Source: Octopus bimaculoides
Taxonomy: Eukaryota
Length of the DNA stretch: 64,000 bases
Reading direction: 5' to 3'
Assembly: GCF_001194135.2 (NCBI RefSeq)
Contig: NC_069003.1
Location: forward strand, 24,097,445 to 24,161,444
Position numbers and translations under genes: made by a program. The number at the start of each line of letters is the position of its first letter. Positions within the stretch are counted from its first letter, which is position 1. Shown here one piece after another: positions 50,923 to 64,000 of this stretch. The notes below the pieces were generated by a model that had not been told where the DNA came from, did no database searches, and saw only the letters and a list, made by a program, of their open reading frames with translations.

Positions 50923-51146
50923 TAGCCTTGAAATATAGAAATACAAGGTAAAACTGCAACTTTGTTTTGTTTTATTTTATTTTCCTTTTGTAGTTTACTA
51001 TCTACCTACTTACATGGCTTCTCAACCACATCATTGTTCTGGGTTCAGTCCCACTGCATTGCACCTTGGGCAAGAGTCTTTTACTATAGCCTCGGGCCGT
51101 CCAAAACCTTGTGAGTAGATTTGGTAGACAGAAACAGTCCATCGTA

Positions 51147-51197
<51 letters not shown>

Positions 51198-51848
51198 ATA
51201 TCTATCTATCTATCTATCTATCTCTCTCTNNNNNNNNNNNNNNNNNNNNNNNNNNNNNNNNNNNNNNNNNNNNNNNNNNNNNNNNNNNNNNNNNNNNNNN
51301 NNNNNNNNNNNNNNNNNNNNNNNNNNNNNNNNNNNNNNNNNNNNNNNNNNNNNNNNNNNNNNNNNNNNNNNNNNNNNNNNNNNNNNNNNNNNNNNNNNNN
51401 NNNNNNNNNNNNNNNNNNNNNNNNNNNNNNNNNNNNNNNNNNNNNNNNNNNNNNNNNNNNNNNTATATATATATATATTTAGGTGTGTGTCTTTGTGTCT
51501 GTGTTTGTCCTCACCCCACCATTGCTTGACAACCGATGTTGATGTGTTTATGTCCCCACAACTTAGTGGTTTGGCAAAATACACCAATAGAATAAGTACC
51601 AGGTTTACAAAGAATAAGTCCTTAGGTCGACTGCTTTAACTAAAACAAAAAAAAAAACTTTTTAAGGCGGTGCTCCAGCTTGGCCGCCGCCGTCGAAATG
51701 ACTGAAACAAGTAAAAGAATATAAGAATGTTTCACCATAACTTTGCAACCACATTGTTTCAGGTTCAGTCCCACTGTGCAGCATTTTAGATGTGCCTTCT
51801 ACTACAGCCTGGGCTAACCTATACTATGAAAACTGTGTAGAGGCCTAT

Positions 51849-54115
51849 TGTGACTGAGATCCATTTCCTATCTCTATACTGGCTTTGATCTAAAAAAAAC
51901 AAAAACAAAATATATAATACTGTGTAACAATTTTCTTTTGTCTTTAGTGAGTAAGTATCATTTCTTATTTGCTTCTATCTAGAAATCAAAGGAAACGACT
52001 ACTATCCCCTTCAAACTTTGCTTTTGTCACCTGGACATCAATGTTTTAAAACTGACCTATTTTCCATTACATCTCAGACGGATTCAGCGCTGAATTGCAG
52101 AAGCAGGAATATCGTTATAGCAAATATTCTTCTCGATACGACAGACGTGCTTGTCAGTTGCTTGACCTTAACCATTTAAGCATGTCCCTCTGATGATGGG
52201 CAGGACTAGTCGGGGAATACATTAACTATGTATTGAGAGGGATTCTTCGAGATTTAAATGAATGTAAGAAAAACAAAGTTTGAAAGAAATATTAGACGTA
52301 TTTCATACTTTCTTGGGTAAGCCAATATGAAATAACAGTTGCTACCAAAGGAAAAACATCGTGTTACACAGTGTAATTATTAGTAGTGAAATATTCTTAT
52401 TACAAGCATTTTCACAGTTACTGTGTATTTTGTTAATATTTAATTTTCTTCTTTATAGTTACTCCATATAAAACTACTTCAGTTTTGTCCAAGATTGTTT
52501 CAATTGCACATACCGGAAAGGAAACTAAATTTTAGAAGAAACCGGTTTGAAAATTTAGTTTCCTTTCCGGTATGTGCAATTGAAACAATATCTATTCAAA
52601 TAGCCACTTATATAACAGACTTCCTATATGCTCTATAAGTGCCTATTGCCGAAGGTTAGATACTGCAGTATTTTTTATTTTATATATATTTTTTTTTATG
52701 AGATAACAACTCTAAAAGACTTGATGTGTTAAAAACACAATAAATACCACAGAAAGAAATAAAAATTCGTACCAGCAGTAGTCACTAAACGCACCCAATG
52801 CATTTTGGCCTTTTGGGGGCTGTTTAGTGCCACATTCTTGTATGAGAATTTGTTGTCTCTGATATAGGAAAAAGTGCATGAAACATTCACTGATGTTGCG
52901 AAGAGCTCCCCGGCTGAATAAAACTCTGGTACATGCAATTGAGTGAGCATTTAATTAAAATAGCCTTATATGTATTATACTTAACGTATACTGTCGATAG
53001 GCCATTTTCTACAGTATTTGTTCTGTGGTAACATCCCTGACGGACTTGTGTTAAAAACACAATAAATATCCCTACAGTAGATAGCTGTCGCTGGTTTCCA
53101 GTTAGATCGGTTTCATCTTTGGTACATAAGATATGTCTGGAACCTAAACAACGGAATGATGCCACCGAGGAGATAGACACGGTAGGCAAAGTGAAATTCC
53201 TTAATATATATATTGTATCAGTGATATTTCTATCCTTTTGGGTGTTATTCACGTTTGTTTCTTTTTACTAATGATTGGACGTGATTTCTTCAGAAAAAAA
53301 GCCTCACTTCTTCCAGTGTAAATCTTTTATGAAATTCGGGAATTCCAAATTTAATTTCCAGCATATTTAATTGTTGAAGGGGGTGGTATACATTTCATTC
53401 CTTTACTGATAATATATCATGTCTATTTGCATATCGTACATCTGTTTGTATTTCAACCCATTACTGTCTATATCTATATGTGTCGATGCTCATACTTTTT
53501 GTGAAGGTTTATTTTCGGGACCTTGTGGCTGAGATCATTTTCTATCTCTATACTGGCTTTGGTAAAAAAAAAAAAAACCAAAACTAAGTAAATAGCACCG
53601 TGTAAGAAAATTTTGATTTTTTTTAGTCTTTGGTCAGTAAGTGTTATTTCCTATTTGCTTCTATCTAGAAATCAAAGGAAATGACTACTATCCCCTTCAA
53701 ACTTTGCTTTTGTCACCTGGACGTCAATGTTTTGAAACTGACCGATTCTCCATTACATTTCAGACAGATTCACCGCTGAATTGCTGAGGCAGGAATATCG
53801 TTATGGCAAATATTCTACTGAACACAGCAGGTTTGCTTGTTAGTTGCTGGGCGTAGTCCACTTGAGGATGGCCTTTAGTGGCTGCCAATACGTGTGTTTC
53901 TGACGATAAGCAGGAGTAGTGGGGCAGTATCATAGTTATGTGTTGAGAGGGATTCTGTGGGGTTTTAATAAATGTAAGAAAAACAGTTTGAAGGAAATAT
54001 TAACCATCTTTTATGCTTTCTTGGCTAAGTAAATTTGAAATAACAGTTGCGACCCAAGGACAAAAATTGTGTTACACAGTGTAATTATTAGTATGGAGAT
54101 ATCCCTATTATAAGT
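51849..54115 (+). repeat. Diverged direct duplication of about 560-590 bp (51849-52405 vs 53524-54115)
   Basis: Colinear similarity from gtgactgagatc...ctctatactggctttg to gtgtaattattagta. Confidence 0.8.
52494..52589. repeat. Perfect 40-bp inverted repeat with a 16-nt spacer
   Basis: 52494-52533 is the reverse complement of 52550-52589; the spacer contains the palindrome aaaccggttt. Confidence 0.95.
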
Positions 54116-54372
54116 CAAATTAATAGACCCCAGTGTTTATTACTTTTTAAACCGGTACTTATTCTATCGGCCTCTTTTGCCTACCGTGTCTATCTCCTCG
54201 GTGGCATCATTCCGTTGTAAACGCATCAACACAGGCTAGAAATATTAATATATATATACATATGCATTCATATATATATATATACATACTCACAAGTATT
54301 GTAGATATATAGATGTACTATAGATAGATTAATTACATGCATGTGCATGTGTGTATATGTATGTGTGTATAC

Positions 54373-54421
<49 letters not shown>

Positions 54422-54427
<6 letters not shown>

Positions 54428-55523
54428 GCGTAAGCTATTTTAGGACATGTTAGTTTTACTATACCAGCATATTTCTCAACTTAATATTTTCTATATTTCA
54501 GAATTGTCAATGGCAGACCCTATGGTTAAACAAGAAATGAAGAGGCACGCAGTGATCATGGTTATAAAGGCTGAGCTTAGCAATTTAAAAATAGCGCAAT
54601 TTTTAAAAGTTGCTAGATCCTTCGTCTACAAAATTCGCAAGGAGTTAGAGGCTAAAGATGAAAATGTATCGTCAGCATCAAATCGTAAGAAACACCGAAG
54701 ACGCACTGATACTTTTAGAACACCAAAATTTATTCAACAAGTAAAGCAGACTATTGATGAAAATTCCAGAAGATCCATGAGGTTGATTGCAAAAGAACAC
54801 CATATGTCAGAAGGAACAATCCGAAATGTTGTCCACAAAGACATCAGATACAAATCTTATGCGATGAGAAAAGGTCATTTCATATCAGAAACAGTGAAGG
54901 AAAATCACTTAATCAGATCTAAAAGACACCCGAACAAACTTAAAAACCCAGCAGAGAAAGATGTCATTTCGTTCTTCTCAGACGAGAAAAACTTTGATCA
55001 AGATCAGAAAGTGAACAGAAGAAATGACAGATGGTTATGTGCAGACCCTTCGGAAGTTCCAAGAGTAATGCGTACAAAATTTCCTGCAACTGTAATGGTT
55101 TTGGGGGTTGTCAGCAATGAAGGACATGTGATGCCTCCTCACTTCTTTCCACAAGGACTTCGAGTAAACTCTGCTGCCTACATAGATGTTCTGAATACAA
55201 AGGTTAAGCCATGGATCGATAATGTATGCAACGGAAGACCTTATGTGTTTCAACAAGACTTAGCACCATCACACAAGGCTACAGCAACGCAGGAATGGAT
55301 GGTGGAAAATTTTCATGACCACATAACCCCCAACATTTGGCCTCCTAGCTCCCCAGATCTCAATCCACAGGACTACTATGTATGGAGCGTATTTGAGAAA
55401 GAGGTTAACGAGCAACCTCATAACACCAAAGAACCCCTAAAAGCCTCCATAGTCAGAGTAATGCCCATTATGAACACAGACCACTTGATCCTAGCTTATA
55501 TAGATAAACAGACAGACAGATAG
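54422..55523 (+). mobile_element. Tc1/mariner DD37D (maT-type) transposon with uninterrupted but 3'-truncated transposase ORF (ATG about 54510)
   Basis: FFSDEKNF, YVFQQDLAPSH, WPPSSPDLNPQDY; 37 residues between the second and third D. Follows a (TA)n run; C-terminus replaced by microsatellite at about 55498 and no right TIR seen. Confidence 0.9.
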
Positions 55524-55906
55524 CTCAGTTGCGCGTGTGTGCATGTGTATGTGTGTGTGTGTTAGTGCGTTTAATCGGGCCGAAGCAGTTCTGCTAAACA
55601 CGTAGACTTCACGAGTTAAAGGAGGATATAACAAGAGATATTCTATTAAAGTGTTCGGTTTGCGGGATGTTGACTTCGCTTCCAGTAGACACCAATGGTA
55701 AAAGCTAATTGAATGCTCAACCTCACTTAATTTGTGGTCTTAGCACTTATGGAGATGGAACAGGATGTCAAAATAGAAGTATGCCTACAATGTATAAGTG
55801 TGCATGTTTCTGTATGTACATGTGTATGTGTGTGCGCGTGTGTGCTTGTATAAGTTTATGGGTGGTTATGAGTGTACGCACAGGTAGCTGTGTGTCGTGT
55901 GTGTGC

Positions 55907-55943
<37 letters not shown>

Positions 55944-56224
55944 TGTGTGTGTCTGTGAGTATGTACATATGTATGTATGTATGTATGTGTTGATTTGTGT
56001 GGACGTGGGTATTTGCATGCACATAAGTGATTGCGATTCTATGTGCGTGTGTGTGTATGTGTGTTGTGTGTGTTGTGTGTGTTGTGTGTGTTGTGTATGT
56101 TGTGTGTCTGTGTGTGTATAAGAGCGTACAAGTATTTGTCTACGTGTCTCTCCATGTGCATGCTGCACAGGTTTATGTGTATGTATGTGTATATGTATGT
56201 ATGTATGTATATGCCTATGTTTGA

Positions 56225-56830
56225 ATCTTACTATAATGGGCGTTATGTCCGTCTGTTTGTCCGTCTGTCTGTTTCCTCTTTACGGTCAAACAGCTGGACC
56301 AATGGTCATGATGTTTTTCAGGATTACGAAGGAGGTGATCAAGAAGGTTTTTAGCGAAAAATGTAAAAAAAGTATGATTATTTAGTGGATATTGAGTTTT
56401 GTATTAATAAATCACCATTGATTTTTTTGTTAAAATCCCGGCGACGCGGATTAACTCTGGATTTCTTCCCCCCCCCCACCCGTATAGTTCGTGAATTTAG
56501 AAGGTTTAGATTTGTGATACTATCCCTTTATTTCCCACCGTAGATGGGCAGATTTGCTATCTTATTATAATGGACGTTATGTCCGTCTGTCTGTTCGTCT
56601 CTTTGTCTGTTCCCTCTTCACGGCCAGACGGCTGGACCAATGGTTACGATATTTTTCGGGATTACAAAGACGGCCGTCAGGAAGGTTGTTAGCATTAAAA
56701 AAAATCCGAAAGTATGATTATTTCGTGAATATCGATTTTTGAATTGATAAACCACCTTCGCATTTTTATTAAAAATTGACCGACCACGAGTAACTCTGAA
56801 TTTTTATCGTATAGTTTCGTAGCCCCATCG
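56225..56830 (+). mobile_element. Two tandem non-autonomous Helitron-like repeats (partial third copy at about 58150-58410)
   Basis: tcttactataatgggcgttatgtccgtctg...aaacagctggaccaat 5' pattern with (GTCT)n, repeated at 56225 and 56557; family assignment from pattern only. Confidence 0.45.
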
Positions 56831-59183
56831 TAGATACGAAGGGGGTCGCGAGGACGGTTAATAGCGAAAATAACATGGTAAAAGTGTGTGTCAGTATATA
56901 GTGTGTGTGATTATTTTGTGGTAATTGAAGTGTGTCAGCTTCGAGCAGGATTCGAAACAGCTAATCGAAGCGGCTGTTGTTTCCATCTCAGTTTTGTCAA
57001 TTAAAATAACCCATGGTTCTAGAACATCCAGACATTATTCGAATAAAACAGTGAGAGGTAAGTCTTAGTTTGATTTATTGCAACCCTAAAAATTCCACTC
57101 ATGCATTCAGAGCAAACAAGGCATAGGCCCAGACTTTAGATCGTGTAGGTGTATTTTTACCCCTCCAATGTTTGCACATTGACAGTTATACGTTGCTGTG
57201 AGTAGAGCAACAGACGCCAGAATATTAGTGTCGAATAAACAGAAAATATCGTCTCCAAAGAAGTTTTGTAATCATGTTGACATTACCGAAAGGATTCATA
57301 ATTTAAATATAGAAATTTGTGGACTTTGAATGTATAAGAATATAAAATAGAGTAAACAACTAAAATAAAAGTATATCTATATAACATTTTTTTCTTAATA
57401 AATTTTATGCAGTGGTCGAAGGAAGGTCTGGCTTTCGTTAGGAGTGGTTCACATAACCATTCATGATACAGAGTTCGGGAGTAAATCGTCATCACATGTC
57501 ACAGTCGCAAACACATGTCATATAGCTGCAACAGAATGCTGCATCACCAACAATAACATGATTTCTCTAAGACATCACCCAGTAATCTGTCAAGTGCATT
57601 TACACATTTCTCAATACATACTGCTGTTATGACTTCCCCACCTCATTTTATGCCTCATTCGTAAATGCGTAGATTTGCTAGTGTGTGCAACTATGCATGT
57701 TTGTATATGCGTATGTATATATATACATATATATATTAGTGTGTGTATGTATGTGTGTGTATGTATGTATGTATGCTTTTTCTTTGCGTTTAATTCATTT
57801 TGTTCTTGAGAGAGTTTAAGCTGGTCACTAACAAAGCAACAAACATTTTGAGTTAAGAGAGTTCCTGGTGTTTGTAAATAGTGAAAGAGCCGGTTTCTAA
57901 CCCAGATCCAAGACTCCTACGCTGAAATTTCAACGTCAACAGGATATTTGTGCATGTATGTGTGAATACGTGCAGTATTTGGAGCCAGTGCATGTGCAGA
58001 TCTCTATGTTTTGTTTTATGAATGTATTCTCATACATACAATTGCACGTCTAGGCATGTACATGTATACCTAAATGGTAAACTTCAGGAAAATTTTAAAG
58101 ATTTTTACGGTTCCAGTGATGGCTGGCTTGAATCGAAAGAAGTAATCAGTAAGGTTTTTAGAAAAAAAATTGGGAAAAAGTATGATGATTTATTGGATAT
58201 TGAGTTTTGTATTAATAAATCACCATTGATTTTTTTTTTGTTAGAATCCCGGGGATGCGGATTAACTCTGGATTTCTTCCCCACCCCCGTATAGTTCGTG
58301 AATTTAGAAGGTTTAGATTTGAGATACTATCCCTTTATTTCCCATCGTAGATAGGCAGGTTTCCTGTCTAACTATAATGGGTGTTATGTCCGTCTGTCTG
58401 TCCGTCTGTTTGTCTTTTTGAATCAGCTTTCCTTTTCTGGTTTTGAGAAGCTTAATTTCTCGAAATTGGCACTCAGGCAATGTGTGTGTGTGTATGTATG
58501 TACGTATGTATGTATGTATGTATGTGTGCGTGTGTGTGTGTGTGTTGTGTGTGTGTCTGTGTGTCTGTGTTTGTGTGTGTGTTTGTGTGTGTGTGTTCCT
58601 GTAGCTGATTGTGTTCGTGAGTGAAGTGAATATGTAGAATATTATCTTGCCAATAAACGAACGAAATATTCAAGTGAAGAACTGACAAGTGTAGCAAAAA
58701 GAACTTTTTTTTTTGTAATATCAAATGACAGGGATGAAGGGGAGGGGGAATGAGGGGGCGAGAGGGAGAGGGTGAGGAGAGGGAGANNNNNNNNNNNNNN
58801 NNNNNNNNNNNNNNNNNNNNNNNNNNNNNNNNNNNNNNNNNNNNNNNNNNNNNNNNNNNNNNNNNNNNNNNNNNNNNNNNNNNNNNNNNNNNNNNNNNNN
58901 NNNNNNNNNNNNNNNNNNNNNNNNNNNNNNNNNNNNNNNNNNNNNNNNNNNNNNNNNNNNNNNNNNNNNNNNNNNNNNNNNNNNNNNNNNNNNNNNNNNN
59001 NNNNNNNNNNNNNNNNNNNNNNNNNNNNNNNNNNNNNNNNNNNNNNNNNNNNNNNNNNNNNNNNNNNNNNNNNNNNNNNNNNNNNNNNNNNNNNNNNNNC
59101 TAATATATACTTTTGTTATTTACACCACCTGTCCTCGTCTGTTGTTATTTTTTGTATATTCTCCCATATATATATATATATAT

Positions 59184-59215
59184 ACTAACTGAATAGCCCG
59201 TCGTGTTGCCGGGCA
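59184..59215 (-). mobile_element. Helitron-like 3' terminus (hairpin + TTAG)
   Basis: - strand gcccg-gcaacacga-cgggc tattcag ttag|t. Confidence 0.4.
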
Positions 59216-60375
59216 ATTTCTACAATTTAATGTCTTATATCAATTTTTGTTTATTCCATGTCATGCTATGCTTTCCTCGACAGATAGGCTTCTTGATCAG
59301 GACAGATTTGTGTAACTTTTCGCAAAAAACTTCGTTCAGGATTTTTTCCTTTTTAAATTATTTACATATCCGTTCGACCATTTGACATGATTTTATTTAT
59401 TAAAACTTCGGAAGTTCTTAGAACTTTAGTCTTTGTAATGCTTCCCTTTCGTTTGTTTAATAAAATTTCCTCTTCGTAATGATTTTGCTTTCATTTGTGT
59501 GATAGACAGCTATTATGCAGAAAATGCCAGCTTCCAAATCTTGTTTTCTGATTAGGTAAAATTGATTAAACTTTAAACAGCAGCAACATTTTTCTGCAAT
59601 TTTTTCTGGAGCAAATAAATAACAAAATCAGATTTAACGTGGAAATTATTTCAATATACCAAATTTGAAAATTTTGACGTAATTTTAAAATTTCACAATA
59701 TGTGACAGTAACAGGGAAGACCCTACAAAAGTAGAGAGACAGACGTGGCACACACATACACACACACACAGGTAATCACGAGTTTAAGATGGTGTATAGT
59801 AGACATATGTATGTATGTACGTACGTGTGTATGTGTCTGTGTGTGAGTGTTTCTTTGCGATGGACAATAGAAAAGCCACCTACCCCCTCTCTCCTTAAAG
59901 CTACGTATTCCTCACACCTACTTTTCTCTCCCTTCCTCGGCGTTTTAAAAGTTACTTGTGTATGTGCATGTGTGTGTGTGCGCATGTGTGTATGTGTGTA
60001 TGCATGTATCGATGTATTTATGAAAGTATGTAGGCAGCGTCGTGTGTATATCCCTGAATGACAGCTGTATTAACGTTATAACCCCACTGTCACTCCATAT
60101 TTGTCGCTTACACAACGCTGTCTCCTCTTCCCTGATATCAGCCACACTTACTATGCCACCGCATTTCCCTCGCACTAACACTCTTACACCCTTCTCATTC
60201 TATCAAATAACAGCCCAAACCCACTAAGGGACCCATTATAGAATTTTATTGAAATCTAATTAGCCTATAATTGAACTGGATGTTAGTTTGATATGTATGC
60301 AAAGTTTTGTAAAGATTGGTTCGCTGGTGTAGGCAGCAAGATGGTTACAGACTGATCGACAGAGAGAAATTGCCA

Positions 60376-60415
<40 letters not shown>

Positions 60416-60646
60416 AGTGTTTGAACCCCACCTCCGCTTGACAACCGGTGTTATTGTGTTTTCGACCCCCCACGTAACCTGGCGGTTCGGCAAAACAGAA
60501 CTGATACAGTAAGTAGCAGGCTTTACAGAGAAAAAAATTCCTGGGGCCCGATTCGTTCGACTGAAACTTTTTCAAGGTGGCGCTCCAGCATGGGCGCAGT
60601 CTAATGACTGAAATACGTAAAAGATAAGTGGACGGGAGAGAATGGC

Positions 60647-60728
<82 letters not shown>

Positions 60729-60962
60729 GGGAGTTCTTAATGAAATGATTTTTACACATTCCAAGCTGATTACATACGCATACTTTCACCGATGCATACA
60801 ATTACATACCACACACCTGCTTACACACATACTCAGACGCACACATACTTTACATATATATATCCTACATATATACGTCTGCACACACGCATGCATTCAC
60901 CCGCACGTACAGACGTGTGTACCTACACATGAGTGTCTTAAATGTGTTCGGTCATACACAAA

Positions 60963-60996
<34 letters not shown>

Positions 60997-62142
60997 AAAG
61001 TAAAACACACGCACATGCATGCATACATACATACATATATACATACATACGTACATGCATACATACATATACATACATATACAAACATACATACATACAT
61101 ACGTATATACGTACATACATGCATACATACATATACAAACATACGTACATACATATACATACAAACATACATACATATATATACGCACGCGCGTACATAC
61201 ATATACATACATATATACATACGTACGTACGTACGTACGTACATATATGCATATATACATACATAAATACATACATACGNNNNNNNNNNNNNNNNNNNNN
61301 NNNNNNNNNNNNNNNNNNNNNNNNNNNNNNNNNNNNNNNNNNNNNNNNNNNNNNNNNNNNNNNNNNNNNNNNNNNNNNNNNNNNNNNNNNNNNNNNNNNN
61401 NNNNNNNNNNNNNNNNNNNNNNNNNNNNNNNNNNNNNNNNNNNNNNNNNNNNNNNNNNNNNNNNNNNNNNNNNNNNNNNNNNNNNNNNNNNNNNNNNNNN
61501 NNNNNNNNNNNNNNNNNNNNNNNNNNNNNNNNNNNNNNNNNNNNNNNNNNNNNNNNNNNNNNNNNNNNNNNNNNNNNNNNNNNNNNNNNNNNNNNNNNNN
61601 NNNNNNNNNNNNNNNNNNNNNNNNNNNNNNNNNNNNNNNNNNNNNNNNNNNNNNNNNNNNNNNNNNNNNNNNNNNNNNNNNNNNNNNNNNNNNNNNNNNN
61701 NNNNNNNNNNNNNNNNNNNNNNNNNNNNNNNNNNNNNNNNNNNNNNNNNNNNNNNNNNNNNNNNNNNNNNNNNNNNNNNNNNNNNNNNNNNNNNNNNNNN
61801 NNNNNNNNNNNNNNNNNNNNNNNNNNNNNNNNNNNNNNNNNNNNNNNNNNNNNNNNNNNNNNNNNNNNNNNNNNNNNNNNNNNNNNNNNNNNNNNNNNNN
61901 NNNNNNNNNNNNNNNNNNNNNNNNNNNNNNNNNNNNNNNNNNNNNNNNNNNNNNNNNNNNNNNNNNNNNNNNNNCTACCACCTTCGCCATCACATTTAAG
62001 AACAATATAATCTAAGATTTATATTCAAACGAAAGGAATTCGTAGCATCTTAACCTATCATGTAGAAATAATGAATCATCTTTTCTATTGTTTTTCCTGA
62101 ATTAGGATCTTTCTTCGCAACCATCACGTACATTACCACCCG

Positions 62143-62184
<42 letters not shown>

Positions 62185-62362
62185 TCTCTCTCTCGCGCGC
62201 GCGGTATTTGTGTTGTTTTGCGTGTGTACTTCATTAGTGCAATACACGAAATTCTCGCCTCTTGAGTCACGTATGTCACTTTACAACCGAATAAAAAAAC
62301 AAGACAAACATATAATAATATGAATTGAGTTATCTTATTTTCTTCTGTTTGTTCCAACAACC

Positions 62363-62444
<82 letters not shown>

Positions 62445-62524
62445 ATTGTTTTCTCTATATCTCTCCTTGTGAATCTCTCTATCTATCTGTTTGTCTGCCT
62501 CTCTATCTTTCTTCTCTCTCTATT

Positions 62525-62587
<63 letters not shown>

Positions 62588-62594
62588 GTGTGTA

Positions 62595-62658
<64 letters not shown>

Positions 62659-62835
62659 TATTTATATAAAATTTGTTTTGCAAGATTCTTGATGTGAAAT
62701 CGTGTGTTGAAACAGATATTGTTGTATTTGGGGATGGTCATGTTGCCAGTTTAGCCAATAAAAACACACGCACTATATATTTGGTGTTAATTTGTTTCAG
62801 CTTTATAGTACATTACATTACATTAGTCATATATC

Positions 62836-62880
62836 GGCTAGAGTTCTTTCGCCACACTTCTGTGATCTCATCAGTGGTCC
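62836..62880 (-). ncRNA. Degenerate minimal hammerhead motif, family 2 (second copy 42188-42233, -)
   Basis: CUGAUGA G AUCACA gaag UGUGGC GAA AGAACU C and CUGAAGA G GUCACA gaug UGUGAU GAA AGAUUU C. Confidence 0.6.
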
Positions 62881-63519
62881 TTTGCTTTCAAAGGACAGGC
62901 ATAAAAAGACGAGTCATTCTTGGCTTTCTTTCATCAGTAAAGTCCCAGAAGTCACGACCATTTCGGGTTGTTACACTTGAGATAGTTCGATCTCGTTGCC
63001 TCCCAAAAAGTCTAAGCTAAAAGCATTAGTCCCTTTTGTAAGAAAGCTAGCGAATGTATACGGCAACAAAAACAAAAAACAAACAAAAAAAAACGGAGAA
63101 CATGGTACACAATTACGAATACAAACAAGGAATAACAAATATATATATTACGTTACACCCGTTTCGAGTGGCTCCATTTAATCGATCAATAAAAACATTA
63201 CTTCAACTTGAAATAAACCGCTCTCCTCAGACATAGGTGACCATATAGATTTCCAACATAAAGGATAAACCATTTTTAACTAATTTATCTCAATACCAGA
63301 AACCAAAATAATTACATTGTTTCCTTATGTTACATGTCCATGGAATCTGCTTTAATGGGGAAGTGGCCTCACAGTGACCTGTTGTGGTTGTAGTAGCAGT
63401 AGTAGTAGGGATTGTTCTAAATAAATTCGTGGGTAGCTACTGTTCTAAATATATCTATCGTGTTTAATATTTTCGTGGGTATTATTCCAAGATCTCTATA
63501 ATAGTGTCATCTGTGGTGG

Positions 63520-63890
63520 AAGCATTCAAAAGAGGTTTATATTTTGCGATAAAATATGCTTCTTTGTTGATGTGCAGATTTTAGGTTGCATTGTCCCTAA
63601 ATTTATAGAGAGGAAATATTCTTAAGTTGGGTTGTTCATTAGTGGCGCAAATGTCGATGTGTTCACTTAACGCTATTTTTCTGTATTCCTGTATTTTAAT
63701 TTGGGATCTACGTACTGTCATCCTCTGGCGTAGGCTGCTTTTAGTTTGACCAATGTATTGCTCTCGACACCCTGAGCAAGTTAACGCATATATCAGGTTT
63801 TCCGAGGCACATGTGAAGTTGTTTTTCACTGTAAAACGTTGACCCTGTTTGACCCTGTTTGTCAACGTTTTACATTCCTTGTGCACGCCC
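63520..63890 (-). mobile_element. Penelope-like element GIY-YIG endonuclease fragment
   Basis: FTCASENLIYALTCSGCREQYIGQTKSSLRQRM..R; frameshifted continuation KEAYFIAKYKPLLN; no RT seen. Confidence 0.85.
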
Positions 63891-63966
63891 TCTTATTGTT
63901 TGTTATTGTCAATCTTATTGTTCGTTTATTTGAACTGGCTATATATATCTGTGTGTGTGTGTGTGT

Positions 63967-64000
<34 letters not shown>

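Overview
Eukaryotic, AT-rich, gap-rich draft-assembly DNA full of microsatellites, tRNA-derived SINEs and decayed transposons. The repeat content points to a coleoid cephalopod, most likely Octopus (inference). Most of the supplied ORF track is microsatellite or N-run noise. The real coding content is a small family of STAND (NB-ARC-like) NTPase + TPR genes, i.e. an NLR-like architecture. Gene A is on the + strand with nine phase-consistent GT-AG exons (30340-50176, 796 codons plus stop) but lacks its Walker A exon. Paralog B is on the - strand with four terminal exons (25905-19891); three are the same size as A's and the terminal exon is shorter. An orphan Walker A exon on the - strand (8694-8469) is phase-compatible with the start of gene A, and a possible SAM-like first exon lies at 14983-14808. 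One inversion or scaffold mis-orientation of the left block would explain both broken genes. A second layer is three families of minimal hammerhead-ribozyme motifs with palindromic stem III (Penelope type), one carried by a tRNA-headed SINE-like composite with a 12-bp TSD. Other elements: a Penelope GIY-YIG fragment, a long DD37D (maT) transposase ORF, mariner and hAT MITEs, and RTE, L1/Tx1 and RLE-type LINE fragments. All motif calls were made by eye; no database searches were run.
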